Shown here in pieces: positions 48,741 through 60,770 of a stretch of DNA of 64,000 nt (position 1 is the stretch's first letter; each line of letters opens with the position of its first letter). The stretch spans positions 1,824,001 through 1,888,000 of the forward strand of contig OY729431.1 in NCBI GenBank assembly GCA_963422395.1, given 5' to 3'. Position numbers and translations under genes: made by a program. Source of the DNA: Vicinamibacteria bacterium (lineage in GTDB: Bacteria > Acidobacteriota > Vicinamibacteria > Marinacidobacterales > Marinacidobacteraceae). A model generated the notes under the pieces. The model searched no databases. It saw only the letters and a program-made list of their open reading frames with translations, and was not told the DNA's origin.

Positions 48741-49796
48741 TCAGGGCCGCGCCGGATTCGCATCGGGGAAGGAACACACCACCGGCCGGAACGCCGGCTG
48801 GCTCGCCGCCGCGAGGCGGGCTCCCGAAGCGGACACGGAACCGGCGATGGAACCGGGAACGAAACCGGTTGGGTCCACATCCACATCGGTGTTCCCTGCG
48901 GGCCTCGCATAGAGCACCCGGGCGTGGAAGATGTCCCACTCGGTGAAGTGCGGAGGCTCGAGCTCCCCCGAGTACCACATGTGCGAAGGGCGGTGGCCCC
49001 CCACCGGATGGAAGAGGCCCATCACATGACCGATCTCGTGGTGCACCGCCCAGGTCTCGGAAAGGTGGCGGAACACCACCACATTCGCAGGGCCGCCCAC
49101 CCGGAAAGCGAAAGCGTCTGCGGTATCCGCGAACTCGGAGACTTCGGCGGCGTTCCAGCGCAGGATCACCGTCCCCGGGGTCATGTCCGCAGGCGGTTCC
49201 GGAGTGGCCTCGATGTGTTCTCCGGTAAGCCGCCCGCCGCTCAGCAGCGGCAGGGTGACCCGGATGGCCTCCCGCACGAACGCGACCGTCTCCTCGGGAA
49301 TCTCCGCACCGGTGGTCGGCTCCGGGCGGGTGTCGATGAAGAAGCGGGGCTCGGAATCCCACCGCGTGAGCGGCAGCAGATCGTCTGTACCGTTTCGTGC
49401 GATCTCACGATAGAACGCGAGCGTCCAGGGCCCGCTTTCGGGGATGGCGTCCAGCCGGACTCCCTCGGCCGGAGCGCGGATGGTGGTGGTGCGCTCTACG
49501 ATGCCAGGCCCCGAGATGGTGAGGCGATGGAGGCCCGGAGGCAGACGCATCGCGAAGGAGCCGTCGCCCGCCGACCGCGTGGAGACCCCGGCGGCGCTCA
49601 GGGCCGCCCCGGACACCGGGCGCCCGTCCACGGTGGTGGTGAGCGAGCCGAAGACATTTCCCGCACCCAGCGCCGCGGAATCGCCCAGACCGGTGTGCAG
49701 CCTCGGGGAAGGAGTCGTCGCCGGGGACGAGGAGCCGCAGCCAGCGAAGAGAGCAGCTGGAAGCAACAGGGAAAGCAGCGGGGGGGCGCGTCTCAC
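48741..49796 (-). CDS. Lipoprotein with carboxypeptidase-regulatory-like domain and metzincin peptidase domain
   Basis: Lipobox FAGC; HEIGHVMGLFH zinc motif and SHM Met-turn. Confidence 0.8.
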   Translation of the reverse strand: MRRAPPLLSLLLPAALFAGCGSSSPATTPSPRLHTGLGDSAALGAGNVFGSLTTTVDGRPVSGAALSAAGVSTRSAGDGSFAMRLPPGLHRLTISGPGIVERTTTIRAPAEGVRLDAIPESGPWTLAFYREIARNGTDDLLPLTRWDSEPRFFIDTRPEPTTGAEIPEETVAFVREAIRVTLPLLSGGRLTGEHIEATPEPPADMTPGTVILRWNAAEVSEFADTADAFAFRVGGPANVVVFRHLSETWAVHHEIGHVMGLFHPVGGHRPSHMWYSGELEPPHFTEWDIFHARVLYARPAGNTDVDVDPTGFVPGSIAGSVSASGARLAAASQPAFRPVVCSFPDANPARP

Positions 49797-51034
49797 GATC
49801 CTGCCGCCCTTCTCGGACGCTTTTCTTCCGGACCCCGGATCTCTCCCGCGGCCGCTCCGGTGAAGATCGCGTTCGAGATCTGCCCGACGAGATTTCCGCT
49901 CGTCCGCAGATGGTCGAGCGGCCGCTCCACCGCAAACACCAGCGCCGAGAGCGACACCGGCAGGCCGGCGGCGCCGAGCAGGATGGTGAGGTTCACGAAG
50001 CTCGCGCCCGGCACTCCCGATACCGCCAGCGAGGAAAGCACCGCGGTCAGCCAGAGGACTCCGAGATCTCCGGCAGCGAGCGGCTGGCCGACGAGCTGCG
50101 CGATCGCCACCACCGAGATCACCTGGTAGATGCCGCTCGAATCTCGACCCACCGCTGCGCCGAGCGGCAGCACGAATCCCGCCACCCGCCCCGAGATCCC
50201 GGATTCGCGCGGGACCGCCGCCATCGAGATCGGCAGCGCGGCGGCGGTCGAGACCGAGGCGAAGGCGACCGGCAGCGGCTCGCGGAGCGCGCGGAAGAGG
50301 TTGCCGAGCGGCTGGCGGGCGAGGAACCGGACCGCCCCGCCGTGTATCCCGAAGACATGGACCAGAGTGGCGATCAGCACCACGACCATGTACCAGGCGA
50401 GCGTCCCCAGGATTCCGAGCCCGGACTGGCCCACCACCGCGGCGAGGATCGCAAACACCCCTACCGGGGCCAGCCGAACGACCCAGTGGACGATGCGGTA
50501 GAGAACATCGTTCACGGCTTCGAGCACCGCGAGGAGCGGCCTCGTCCGCTCCCGGCCGAGGGCGTTCAGGGCGAATCCGCACAGGATCGCCAGGAAGAGG
50601 ACCTGCAAGACATCCCCCTCGGCGAAAGCGCGCACCACATTGGAGGGCACGATGCCGACCAGGATGTCGAACGCCGAACGCGCCTCGCCCGCTGCTCCGG
50701 GGCGGACCTCCCGCTCCGCTCCGCCGAGTGCGGAGATATCCACCCCCTGCCCCGGCCCGAGCCATACCGCGAAGCCGATCCCGATAGCGAGAGCGATGCC
50801 CAGGGTGATCAGGTTGTAGGCGACCGCCCGAACTCCGATGCTCCCGGCCGCACGGCCGCCGGTCCGGGTCAGCGCGAGCGTCAGGGTGACGAAGACCAGG
50901 GGCGCGACGATCATCCGCAGCAGCTGGACGAACAGGTCCGCCACCGGCGAAAGCAGCGCGGCGTGCTCTCCGAGCAGGATCCCCGCGAGCACTCCGCCCA
51001 CTGCTCCGAGGCCGACGAGCAGGTGGAGGGGCAA
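49793..51034 (-). CDS. Dicarboxylate/amino acid:cation symporter (DAACS)
   Basis: LLRMIVAPLVF, VPSN, AFASVSTAAALP, FVLPLG and D..RT..N motifs. Confidence 0.9.
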   Translation of the reverse strand: MPLHLLVGLGAVGGVLAGILLGEHAALLSPVADLFVQLLRMIVAPLVFVTLTLALTRTGGRAAGSIGVRAVAYNLITLGIALAIGIGFAVWLGPGQGVDISALGGAEREVRPGAAGEARSAFDILVGIVPSNVVRAFAEGDVLQVLFLAILCGFALNALGRERTRPLLAVLEAVNDVLYRIVHWVVRLAPVGVFAILAAVVGQSGLGILGTLAWYMVVVLIATLVHVFGIHGGAVRFLARQPLGNLFRALREPLPVAFASVSTAAALPISMAAVPRESGISGRVAGFVLPLGAAVGRDSSGIYQVISVVAIAQLVGQPLAAGDLGVLWLTAVLSSLAVSGVPGASFVNLTILLGAAGLPVSLSALVFAVERPLDHLRTSGNLVGQISNAIFTGAAAGEIRGPEEKRPRRAAGS

Positions 51035-51186
51035 ACGAAGGTGCAGGCGAAGAAGCCGGGGAAGCGGAAACTCCGAAGTCTCCCGGCAGAGTCCCCGGCG
51101 GGGACCCTACGAAGACTCCGAGCCTCTCGAGATGGTACCCGGGGCCGATTCCCTCCGGGGCAGACTCCTAGACTTCCGCCGCTCGC

Positions 51187-54100
51187 ATGACGAATCCGGG
51201 TCCGGGGCGCACCGCCTTCCTTGAAGCCCTGGAGCAGCGGATCGTGGTTTTCGACGGGGCGATGGGGACCCTGCTGCAGCAGGAGCGGCTCGACGAGGCG
51301 GGTTTCCGCGGCGCCCTGCTGCGCGATCACCCGAAGCCGCTCGCCGGCCTCCACGATGTGCTCTCGATCACCCGTCCCGAGCTCGTCGAGGGGGTCCACC
51401 ACCGCTACCTCGCGGCGGGGGCCGAAGCGCTGACCACGAACACCTTCAACGGCTCGGCCATCTCGCTCGCCGACTACGGGCTCGAAGACCGAGCCTTCGA
51501 GATCAACCGGAAGGGGGCGGAGACGGCCCGCCGCGCCGCGGACACGGTCCGCCGACGCGGACGGCAGTGCTTCGTCCTGGGGTCCATGGGACCCACGAAC
51601 CGAACCCTCAGCATCTCGCCCGATGTCTCCGATCCCGGGTTTCGGGCGGTGTCCTGGGAGGAGATGCACGCGGCCTACCGCGAGCAGGCCGCGGGGCTCC
51701 TCGCCGGAGGCGCGGACCTGCTCCTCGTCGAGACCTGCTTCGACACCCTGAACGCCAAGGCAGCGCTCGACGCCGCTCGGGAAGCCCTGGACGAAGCGGA
51801 CGGAGACCCGGGACTCCTGGTGTCCTTCACCGCGGTGGACATCGGGGGCCGGAACCTGACCGGCCAGGATGTCGAAGCCTTTTGGATTTCGGTGTCCCAC
51901 GCCGGAGCCGCTGCCGCCGGAATCAACTGCTCACTCGGCGCCGAAGCGATGCGGCCCTTCGTCGCAACGCTGGCGCGGGAGGCGCCGGTCCCGGTGGGGG
52001 CGGTTCCGAACGCCGGGCTTCCGAACGATCTGGGCGGCTACGACGAGACGCCGGAAGCCACCGCCGGGGCTCTCGGGACCCTCGCCCGCGGGGGCCTGGT
52101 GAACTTCGTCGGAGGCTGCTGCGGGACCACCCCCGAGCACATCGAGACCCTCGCCGCAGCGGTCGCGGGGGTCCCTCCCCGGCGGGCGCCTCGACGCCGG
52201 AAGCAGCTTCGGCTCGCCGGAACCGAGCCCCTGGTGCGTCCGGAGTCCGCCTTCCTGGTAGTGGGCGAACGCACGAATGTCACCGGCTCGCGGCGCTTCG
52301 CCCGGCACATCCGGGACGGCAGCTACGAAGCGGCGGTCGCAGTAGCCCTGGACCAGGTTCGGGGAGGCGCGAACCTCCTCGATGTGAACCTGGACGAGGG
52401 GCTCCTCGATTCCGCCGCCGCCATGAGCCGTTTCCTGCAGCTGCTCGCCATGGAGCCGGAAGCGTCGCGGCTCCCGGTGATGGTGGACAGCTCGCAGTTC
52501 GAGGTGATCGAAGCGGGGCTCCGCTGCCTGCCCGGAAAGGGGGTGGTGAACTCCTTGTCGCTCAAGGACGGGGAAGAATCGTTCCTCGCCGCCGCCCGGC
52601 GGATCCGGAGGTTCGGCGCCGCGGTGGTGGTCATGGCCTTCGACGAGGAGGGCCAAGCGGTTTCCGCCGACCGCAAGACGACGATCTGCGCCCGCGCCTA
52701 CCGCCTGCTGACCCGTCGCGCCGGATTCGCGCCCGAGGACCTCGTCTTCGACCCGAATGTGCTGGCGGTCGCCACCGGCATCGCCGAGCACGACCGCTAC
52801 GCCCGCGAGTTCCTCGACGCGATTCCCCGGATTCGAGAGGCGTGTCCGGGATCCCTGGTCTCGGGGGGAATCTCGAACCTCTCCTTCGCCTTCCGCGGCC
52901 ACGAACGGGTGCGGCAGGCGATGAACGCGGTGTTCTTGCACCACGCGATCGCGGCCGGCCTCGACCTGGGGATCGTGAACGCGGGCCGCCTTCCCGCCCT
53001 GGACTCGATCGGGGAACCGCTTCGCGAGCGGGTCGAGGATGTGGTCCTCGCGCGCCGACCGGACGCCGCGGAACGGCTCCTCGCCGTTGCCGGGGAGGCC
53101 CGCACTGCCGGGCGGGATCTGCCCGCGGACGCCGCCTGGCGGCGCGAGCCCGTTGCGAAACGGCTGGCCCACGCGGTCGTCCACGGCATTCTCGACCACA
53201 TCGAAGCCGACGCGGACGAGGCGAGACGGGAGCTGCCCTCGGCGCTCGCGGTCATCGAAGGACCGCTCATGGACGGGATGCGTGTCGTGGGCGACCGGTT
53301 CGGAGCCGGAAGGATGTTCCTGCCGCAGGTGGTCAAGAGCGCCCGGGTGATGAAGCGCGCGGTGACTCGCTTGGAGCCGCACCTGGAGGCAGCCGGCGAA
53401 ACCCGGGGACCCCGGCCCACCATCGTGCTCGCCACCGTCAAGGGAGATGTCCACGACATCGGCAAGAACATCGTGGGCATCGTGCTCGCATGTAACGGCT
53501 ATGAAGTGCAGGACCTCGGGGTCATGGTTCCCGCGGACCGGATCCTCGCCGCCGCCCGCACCGCGGAGGCCGCGCTGATCGGGCTCTCCGGCCTCATCAC
53601 CCCCTCCCTCGCCGAGATGGAACGCTTCGCTGCCGAAATGGAACGAGAGGGAGTGTCCCTGCCGCTGTTGATCGGAGGCGCCACCACCTCCCCCCGCCAT
53701 ACGGCGCTCCGCATCGCACCAGCGTGCTCCGGGCCGGTGGTCCAGGTCGCGGACGCTTCCCGCGCCTCGGGAGTGGCGCGCGCCCTCCTCGGCGAAGACC
53801 GCACCGCCTTCGTCGCCGAGAACCGCCGCGCCCAGGCCGTAGAGCGGAGCGGGGAACGGCGCCGGAGGCCCGCCCTCCTCGGCCTCGAGGCCGCGCGCCG
53901 GCGAGCGCCGGCCTTTTCCCGCGCGACCGACCTCGATCCGGCGTTCCTCGGACGCCGGGTGCTCTCCGAAACACCGCTTTCGGAGTTGATCCCGTATGTG
54001 GACTGGACCCCGTTCTTCCATGCCTGGCAGCTGCGAGGAACCTTTCCGGCGCTCCTCGACCATCCGGAATCGGGCGCCGAGGCGCGGGAGCTCCACGAAA

Positions 54101-54867
54101 ACGCAGTGCGGCGGCTCGGGGAACTCGCAGAGCACGCACACCTTCGGGCGGCCGCGGCGTACGGGTTCTTCCCTGCAGCGCGCGAAGGGGACGACATCCT
54201 CGTCTGGGATCCGGAATCCCGGAAGTCTCCAAAACCCCTGGACGGGCCGCCCCGGCTGCGGATTCCGACCCTGCGACAGCAGGAGGACCGACCGGGCCCG
54301 CGCCTCGCGGCTGCGGATTTCCTCGCCGCCGCCGAAGGCGGCCGGCCGCCGGCCGCCGGGCCGGATGTCCTGGGAATGTTCTGTGTCACTGCGGGGCGCG
54401 GCATCGAAGAGCTGGCGGCCGCCGCCGGGCGGGCCGGCGACGACTACGAGGGGCTGCTCTTGCGCTCCCTCGCCGACCGCCTCGCCGAGGCGGCCGCGGA
54501 GTGGCTCCACGCGAAAGCCCGGCACGACCTCGGCTACGGCAGGACCGAGACCCTCACTCCGGAGGCGATGGCCCGCGGGCGCTACCGCGGCATCCGGCCG
54601 GCGCCGGGGTACCCCGCCACCCCCGACCTCAGCCTCCTGCGGGAGATCTTCTCCCTGCTCGAAGCCGAGCCGGCCCTCGGGGTAGAGCTCACCGAGAGCT
54701 TCGCGATCCGCCCCGCCGCCTCGGTCGCCGGGCTCTATTTCGGCAGCCCCGACGCCTGTTACTTCACCATCGGCACCATCGGCCGCGACCAGCTCCGGGA
54801 CTACGCCGCCCGCCGCGGCATCCCTCCGGCAGAAGCCGAACGCCTCCTCCGCCGGCATCTCGCCTGA
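51187..54867 (+). CDS. metH: Cobalamin-dependent methionine synthase
   Basis: [27 protein letters not shown] and RPAPGYP motifs. Confidence 0.97.
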   Translation: MTNPGPGRTAFLEALEQRIVVFDGAMGTLLQQERLDEAGFRGALLRDHPKPLAGLHDVLSITRPELVEGVHHRYLAAGAEALTTNTFNGSAISLADYGLEDRAFEINRKGAETARRAADTVRRRGRQCFVLGSMGPTNRTLSISPDVSDPGFRAVSWEEMHAAYREQAAGLLAGGADLLLVETCFDTLNAKAALDAAREALDEADGDPGLLVSFTAVDIGGRNLTGQDVEAFWISVSHAGAAAAGINCSLGAEAMRPFVATLAREAPVPVGAVPNAGLPNDLGGYDETPEATAGALGTLARGGLVNFVGGCCGTTPEHIETLAAAVAGVPPRRAPRRRKQLRLAGTEPLVRPESAFLVVGERTNVTGSRRFARHIRDGSYEAAVAVALDQVRGGANLLDVNLDEGLLDSAAAMSRFLQLLAMEPEASRLPVMVDSSQFEVIEAGLRCLPGKGVVNSLSLKDGEESFLAAARRIRRFGAAVVVMAFDEEGQAVSADRKTTICARAYRLLTRRAGFAPEDLVFDPNVLAVATGIAEHDRYAREFLDAIPRIREACPGSLVSGGISNLSFAFRGHERVRQAMNAVFLHHAIAAGLDLGIVNAGRLPALDSIGEPLRERVEDVVLARRPDAAERLLAVAGEARTAGRDLPADAAWRREPVAKRLAHAVVHGILDHIEADADEARRELPSALAVIEGPLMDGMRVVGDRFGAGRMFLPQVVKSARVMKRAVTRLEPHLEAAGETRGPRPTIVLATVKGDVHDIGKNIVGIVLACNGYEVQDLGVMVPADRILAAARTAEAALIGLSGLITPSLAEMERFAAEMEREGVSLPLLIGGATTSPRHTALRIAPACSGPVVQVADASRASGVARALLGEDRTAFVAENRRAQAVERSGERRRRPALLGLEAARRRAPAFSRATDLDPAFLGRRVLSETPLSELIPYVDWTPFFHAWQLRGTFPALLDHPESGAEARELHENAVRRLGELAEHAHLRAAAAYGFFPAAREGDDILVWDPESRKSPKPLDGPPRLRIPTLRQQEDRPGPRLAAADFLAAAEGGRPPAAGPDVLGMFCVTAGRGIEELAAAAGRAGDDYEGLLLRSLADRLAEAAAEWLHAKARHDLGYGRTETLTPEAMARGRYRGIRPAPGYPATPDLSLLREIFSLLEAEPALGVELTESFAIRPAASVAGLYFGSPDACYFTIGTIGRDQLRDYAARRGIPPAEAERLLRRHLA

Positions 54868-54912
54868 ACTTCGACCGAACCTCACCCGCCCAAGACCGGA
54901 GAGCGGGCAGGG

Positions 54913-55320
54913 TTACGCGGGCTCGGTCGGAATTTCCCGGGCGGTGCCGGGGATGCGGCGCTCTTCGACGGGAACCCCTCCGATCAGGTGGCGCTCGATG
55001 ACTTCTTCGAGCCCCTCGGGATCCATCCGGGAATACCAGACCCCGTCGGGCCAGACGACGGCCACCGGGCCGTCGGCGCAGATGCGCAAGCAGCCCGCTT
55101 TGGTGCGGGCGACCCGGCCTCCGGCGGGGCCGTTCGCGAGCCTGAGCTCCTCGAGGCGGCGTTTGAGATAGAGCCACGAGGCAGAACTGGCCGACGGGGC
55201 ACAGCACCGGGGCGTGGCCGCGTCGGCACAGAGGAAGATGTGCCGCTCGAGGCGGCGGATTCCGAGAGCCTCCGCCTTTTCCGCGGCTCCCGCGGCGGCG
55301 GGGGGGCCGTTCGGGGCCAA
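54913..55320 (-). CDS. Thioredoxin-like [2Fe-2S] ferredoxin (start uncertain)
   Basis: HIFLC...CC...CLRIC.DGP.AVVWPDGVWY and HL.GG.PV motifs. Confidence 0.85.
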   Translation of the reverse strand: MAPNGPPAAAGAAEKAEALGIRRLERHIFLCADAATPRCCAPSASSASWLYLKRRLEELRLANGPAGGRVARTKAGCLRICADGPVAVVWPDGVWYSRMDPEGLEEVIERHLIGGVPVEERRIPGTAREIPTEPA

Positions 55321-55327
55321 ATCTCTT

Positions 55328-55981
<654 letters not shown>

Positions 55982-56074
55982 GGAACCGGAGGAAGCGATG
56001 GCGGGGCAGTGTAGTCCGCAAGGGCCCGCACGCGGAAGTCCCCACCGCCGGTTTCCGCAGTTTCCTGGCCGGTT

Positions 56075-57151
56075 TCATTCCTCGGAAAGGAGCCGCAGCC
56101 CGGCGCGGCTGATTCCGGCGCCGCTGATCACCAGCCCGACGGACCGGAGGCCGGGCGCGAGGCGGGGAACCGCAGCCACCGGGAGCGCCGCCGAGCCTTC
56201 GATCAGCGCGAACCGCTCGCGGAGCACGAGCCGCATTCCGGCGGCGATCTCCGCTTCTTCGAGGAGCACCCAATCGTCCACCAGGAGGGAACAGAGCCCG
56301 AGGGTGATCGCCTGCTCTTCCACCCCGCCCGCCACCCCGTCGGCCAGCGTCGGTTCGAAGGGGGTCTCCCTCCCGGATTCCAGGATCCGGCCGGCGGCGA
56401 CCGAGGCGGCCATCACCGCCGAGGCCCGGGGCTGGCAACCCACCACTCGCAGCCCGGGCCGGGCGTGCCGCAGCCAGCCCGCCACCCCGGCGACGAGCCC
56501 GCCGCCGCCTACGGGCACGAGCACCGCGTCGAGCGGCTCGGCGCCGAGAGCCCGGTCCATCTCGAGGCCGACCGTTCCCTGCCCGGCGATGACTTCCAGG
56601 TCGTTGTAGGGAGAGAGGAACGGGCACCCGCGGGTCTCCGCTTCGGCCCGCGCCGCGCGCTCCGATTCGATGGCGTCCTCACCGACGAGACGGAGCTCGA
56701 CCACCGTGCCGTAGCGCTCTTCGAGCGCCCGACGCTTCGAGTCCGCGACCGTGCGCGGCAAGTACACCATCCCGCGGCCCCCGAGGAGCGAGAGCGCGTG
56801 CGCCGTCGCCCTCCCGTGGTTTCCCGAGGAAGCAGTGATCACGCCGCCTTCGAGGACCGACCGGCCCTCGGCTTCCGAGAGCGCGAGCAGCGCGTTCAGG
56901 GCTCCGCGCGCCTTGAAGGAGCCGGTGGTCTGGAAGCACTCCAGCTTCCAACGGACGACGCGCCCGGAAAACCCGCCGGCGAGCTCGAAGGGGGTCGAAG
57001 GAAGCCAGGGCCGCAGCCGCTCGGCGGCGGTGCGGATGCGGTCCGGCAGCTCACACAGGAGCTCCCGCAGAGGAGCGTTCTCGGGGGCTGCCGCTCGGGT
57101 AGCATTCCCGGTTTCCCCGATCCCGGATTCGCGAGAAGACACGGAAGACAC
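56075..57151 (-). CDS. Threonine/serine dehydratase family PLP enzyme
   Basis: KLECFQ.TGSFKARG, SSGNHG, GQGT and VGGGGL motifs. Confidence 0.88.
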   Translation of the reverse strand: MSSVSSRESGIGETGNATRAAAPENAPLRELLCELPDRIRTAAERLRPWLPSTPFELAGGFSGRVVRWKLECFQTTGSFKARGALNALLALSEAEGRSVLEGGVITASSGNHGRATAHALSLLGGRGMVYLPRTVADSKRRALEERYGTVVELRLVGEDAIESERAARAEAETRGCPFLSPYNDLEVIAGQGTVGLEMDRALGAEPLDAVLVPVGGGGLVAGVAGWLRHARPGLRVVGCQPRASAVMAASVAAGRILESGRETPFEPTLADGVAGGVEEQAITLGLCSLLVDDWVLLEEAEIAAGMRLVLRERFALIEGSAALPVAAVPRLAPGLRSVGLVISGAGISRAGLRLLSEE

Positions 57152-57168
57152 GAAGGAGCAAAAGTCTA

Positions 57169-58803
57169 ATGAGCCAGGGAATCCAGGCCGTTCCCCGCCC
57201 CGCCAACGAGCCGGTGCTCGAGTACCTGCCGAAGAGTCCGGAACGCGCCGCGCTCCAGGCGGAATTGGAACGGCAGTCCGCGGAAGTCGTCGATATCCCG
57301 ATCATCGTCGGCGGCCGGGAGATCCGTACCGGAAAGATCGCCGAGGTCCGCTGCCCGCACGACCACGGCAAGGTGCTCGCTCGCTACCACGAGGCGGGCC
57401 CCGAGATCGTGGAACAGGCGGTCTCCGCCGCTGCCGCCGCGTGGCACAGCTGGTCGGAGCTCGACACCCGAGCGCGCGCGAGCCTCTATCTGCGGATCGC
57501 CGATCTGCTCGTCGGCCCGCATCGGGCGCGGTTGAACGCGGCCACCATGCTCGGCCAGTCGAAGACCTGCCACCAGGCCGAGATCGATGCGGCGTGCGAG
57601 TTCGCGGACATGCTCCGCTTCAACGCCTATTTCCTCGACCAGCTCGTGCGGCAGCAGCCTGCCGGCGATGCGGACCCCGGCATCTGGAACTACTTCGAGT
57701 ACCGGGCGCTCGAAGGCTTCATCTTCGCGGTGAGCCCGTTCAACTTCACTGCTATCGGAGGCAACCTGCCGACCGCCCCCGCGATCATGGGGAACACCGT
57801 CGTCTGGAAACCCGCCGAAACGCAGATGCTCTCGGCGTACTACCTGATGCAGCTCTACCGTGAGGCCGGGCTTCCCGACGGCATCGTGAACATGGTCCCC
57901 GGGCACGGGCCGACCATCGGAGCGCCGGCGCTCGCCCAGGAGACGCTCGCCGGCGTCCACTTCACCGGGTCCACCGCGACCTTCCAGCACCTCTGGAAGA
58001 CGGTGGGCGAGAACATCGCGAACTACAGCTCCTATCCCCGGATCGTGGGCGAGACCGGCGGCAAGAACTTCGTGGTGGCGCACGAAAGCGCCGATCTCGA
58101 GGCGCTGGTGGCCGGGCTGATCCGCGGCGCCTACGAGTACCAGGGGCAGAAGTGCTCTGCGGCCTCCCGTGCCTATCTGCCGGAGAGTCTGAAAGACGAG
58201 TTCCTCGAACGGTTCCGCGCCGAGGCGGAGACGGTGACGGTGGGAGACCCCGCGGACTTCTCCAACTTCATGGGAGCGGTCATCGACGAACGCGCCTTCG
58301 AGAAGGTGTCGGGCTACCTCGACCTGGCGCGGACCGACTCCGCTTGCGAAGTCGTCTCCGGCGGAATCGCCGACCGGACGCGCGGCTGGTTCGTCGAGCC
58401 CACCCTGGTGGTGAGCGGCGACCCGCAGCACCGGCTGATGACCGAGGAGATCTTCGGGCCGGTACTCACCGTCTTCTTCTACCCCGACGGCCAGTACGCC
58501 GAGACTCTCGACCTCTGCCGGAACACTTCGCCCTACGGCCTCACCGGCGCCATCTTCGCGAACGACCGGCTCGCGGCCGAGCAGGCGTACCGCGCGCTCC
58601 GCCACGCCGCCGGCAACTTCTACATCAACGACAAGCCCACCGGCGCGGTGATCGGACAGCAGCCCTTCGGCGGCGGCCGCGCTTCCGGCACGAACGACAA
58701 GACCGGCGCCGGCTCACACCTCCTGCGCTGGACCAGCATCCGCACCGTGAAGGAGAACTTCGCGCCGGCGAAGGACTACCGCTACCCGTTCCTCTCCGCC
58801 TAG
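57169..58803 (+). CDS. pruA: L-glutamate gamma-semialdehyde (P5C) dehydrogenase
   Basis: SPFNFT, FTGS, ETGGKN, YQGQKCSA, EEIFGP and QQPFGG motifs. Confidence 0.95.
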   Translation: MSQGIQAVPRPANEPVLEYLPKSPERAALQAELERQSAEVVDIPIIVGGREIRTGKIAEVRCPHDHGKVLARYHEAGPEIVEQAVSAAAAAWHSWSELDTRARASLYLRIADLLVGPHRARLNAATMLGQSKTCHQAEIDAACEFADMLRFNAYFLDQLVRQQPAGDADPGIWNYFEYRALEGFIFAVSPFNFTAIGGNLPTAPAIMGNTVVWKPAETQMLSAYYLMQLYREAGLPDGIVNMVPGHGPTIGAPALAQETLAGVHFTGSTATFQHLWKTVGENIANYSSYPRIVGETGGKNFVVAHESADLEALVAGLIRGAYEYQGQKCSAASRAYLPESLKDEFLERFRAEAETVTVGDPADFSNFMGAVIDERAFEKVSGYLDLARTDSACEVVSGGIADRTRGWFVEPTLVVSGDPQHRLMTEEIFGPVLTVFFYPDGQYAETLDLCRNTSPYGLTGAIFANDRLAAEQAYRALRHAAGNFYINDKPTGAVIGQQPFGGGRASGTNDKTGAGSHLLRWTSIRTVKENFAPAKDYRYPFLSA

Positions 58804-58809
58804 CAGCCT

Positions 58810-59020
58810 GTGTGGCGCGGTGTCCGGGCCGCCGGAAGCGCCCGAGTTTCTCGATGTCGAGGTGGAGGAGGCCTCCGGAATCTGGATAGACATAGCGGTT
58901 GGGGGGCGGGGGCGGTTCGAGCTGGGAGAGGCGGTGGACCCCGGCGCGCTGGGCGATGCGCCCCACGGTACTGGGGGAGATGCCGAGCTGCTGGCTGATG
59001 TCGTGGTAGGTGCGGTCACA
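58810..59020 (-). pseudogene. IS481-family transposase internal fragment
   Basis: Frame reads ISQQLGISPSTVGRIAQRAGVHRLSQLEPPPPPNRY....GGLLHLDIEKLGRFRRPGHR, matching the IS481 HTH to first catalytic Asp region; truncated on both sides. Confidence 0.8.
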
Positions 59021-59207
59021 TACCCCCTTTCACGAATTGGTGACTCAGAAACCGAACTGCTGCCGGGGCAGCGAGTTCGGATTCCCGGCGCGCAGCGCCG
59101 GGCGCTTCGGGAGCGGGGCGTCCTCCCTCCTCCCCCGAGAACGCCCGACGCCATCCTGACGCCCCGCTCCCCGGAGCGCTCGGTCGATGGGCCTATCATC
59201 GACCCCC

Positions 59208-60686
59208 ATGTCCGAGACCGACTACCGGGTCCCGCCGCTATCGCTTCTCCTTCTACTGCTGCTCCTTTCTCTCGGACCTGCACCTCGGCATGCACTCGGG
59301 CTTGCCCCCCAGTCTGGAATTCAACTTGCCGCCGGCGGCACCGCAATCCTCTCGGAGCAATCCGCTGCCCCCCCTTCCGAGGCGCTCGCTCACGAGATCA
59401 CTGCGCTCGCCGAAGCGGCGCTCGAGAACCACCCCGCGCCGGGCCTGTCGATCGCCGTTGCGCAGGGCGGCGAGATCCGCTTCGCTGGCGGCTTCGGCTA
59501 CGCCGACCTCGAACACTCGGTTCCGGCGGCCGAAAACACGGTGTACCGGATCGGCTCGGTGACGAAGCAGTTCACTGCCGCCGCCGCGATGCTGCTCGTC
59601 GAGGAGGGAAGGCTGGACCTCGCCGCCGACCTGCGCGAGTACCTGCCGGAATACGACACCGGAGAGTTCGCGGTCTCGGTGGAACGGCTGCTGAACCACA
59701 CTTCGGGGATCAAGGGCTACACCGAAATCGAGGAGTTCTGGGAAACCTCCCGGCTCGACCTCGGACATGAGGCGATGATGGAGATGTTCGGCGCCGCGCC
59801 GTTCGAGTTCGAACCGGGAGACCGCTACCAATACAACAACTCTGGGTACTACCTCCTCGGAGTCATCGTCGAACGTCTCTCGGGCCACAGCTACGCGGAG
59901 TTCCTCGAAGAGCGGTTCTTCTCTCCGCTAGGCATCGAACGCACCCGCTATCTCGAAAACGACCCTATCGTTCCCGGGCGCGCCGCGGGATACGAGCTCC
60001 GGGAGGGGGGCGGGTTCGAGAACGACGCCCCGCTGAGCATGCGCGGGCCGTACGCCGCCGGCGCGCTCGGCGCGAGCGTCCTGGACCTGCTCGCCTGGCA
60101 GCAGGCGCTCGTCGGCGGCGAGGTGGTGAGCCCCGCCGGCTACCGGCGGATGAGCGCGCCGGGAACACTCGCGAACGGCGATCCGGTCCCCTACGGGTAC
60201 GGACTTTCGCTGGGCGAGGAGCACGGGCTCGCCAAGGTCTCCCACGGCGGCGGGATCAACGGGTTCCGCGCCCGGCTCTCCTGGTATCCGGAGGTCCGCC
60301 TCGGCATCGCGGTGCTCATGAACGCCGGCTCGGGGCGGCCAGGGCTGCTCGAGAACCGGATCGCACGCGCCACTCTCGGCATGGAACAGCCACAGGTGGT
60401 GGAGACCCCGGTTCCAGCAGAGGAACTCGAACGCTGCGCCGGAATCTTCGATCCGGGCCGTGCCCCGGTGACCGTCCGCTTCGAGAACGGAGCGCTCTTC
60501 GGCTTCGGCCAGCGGCTCGTCCCGGTGGGCGGCGGCCTCTTCCATCCCGAGGGGGATCCGTTCACCGCCATCCACTGCGAACCGGCGCCCGCAGGGACAC
60601 TGTCACCGTCCCTCGCGGTGACCACCGCCGGAGTCTCCGTGCGATACCCCCGGTCTCGGTCCGAGCGCTCCGGAAACGGGGCGTGA
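59208..60686 (+). CDS. Secreted serine hydrolase (beta-lactamase family)
   Basis: Signal peptide; SVTK, YNN and HGG motifs. Confidence 0.88.
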   Translation: MSETDYRVPPLSLLLLLLLLSLGPAPRHALGLAPQSGIQLAAGGTAILSEQSAAPPSEALAHEITALAEAALENHPAPGLSIAVAQGGEIRFAGGFGYADLEHSVPAAENTVYRIGSVTKQFTAAAAMLLVEEGRLDLAADLREYLPEYDTGEFAVSVERLLNHTSGIKGYTEIEEFWETSRLDLGHEAMMEMFGAAPFEFEPGDRYQYNNSGYYLLGVIVERLSGHSYAEFLEERFFSPLGIERTRYLENDPIVPGRAAGYELREGGGFENDAPLSMRGPYAAGALGASVLDLLAWQQALVGGEVVSPAGYRRMSAPGTLANGDPVPYGYGLSLGEEHGLAKVSHGGGINGFRARLSWYPEVRLGIAVLMNAGSGRPGLLENRIARATLGMEQPQVVETPVPAEELERCAGIFDPGRAPVTVRFENGALFGFGQRLVPVGGGLFHPEGDPFTAIHCEPAPAGTLSPSLAVTTAGVSVRYPRSRSERSGNGA

Positions 60687-60770
60687 TGTGATGCCGCGTC
60701 TCGCGCCTCGTGGGAAGAGCGGGGGCGCCCCGTTCCCGGCCCGCCGCCCAAAAGTATGCAGAGCCTGCCG

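Noticed and set aside
51035-51186. SAM or cobalamin riboswitch upstream of metH
   Set aside because: No recognisable conserved core; the region is short and shared with a divergent gene.
51931-54885. Long antisense ORFs (this one, also 44477-47410, 16940-18859 and similar)
   Set aside because: Expected from stop-codon scarcity at high GC; they mirror well-supported genes and have no family motifs.
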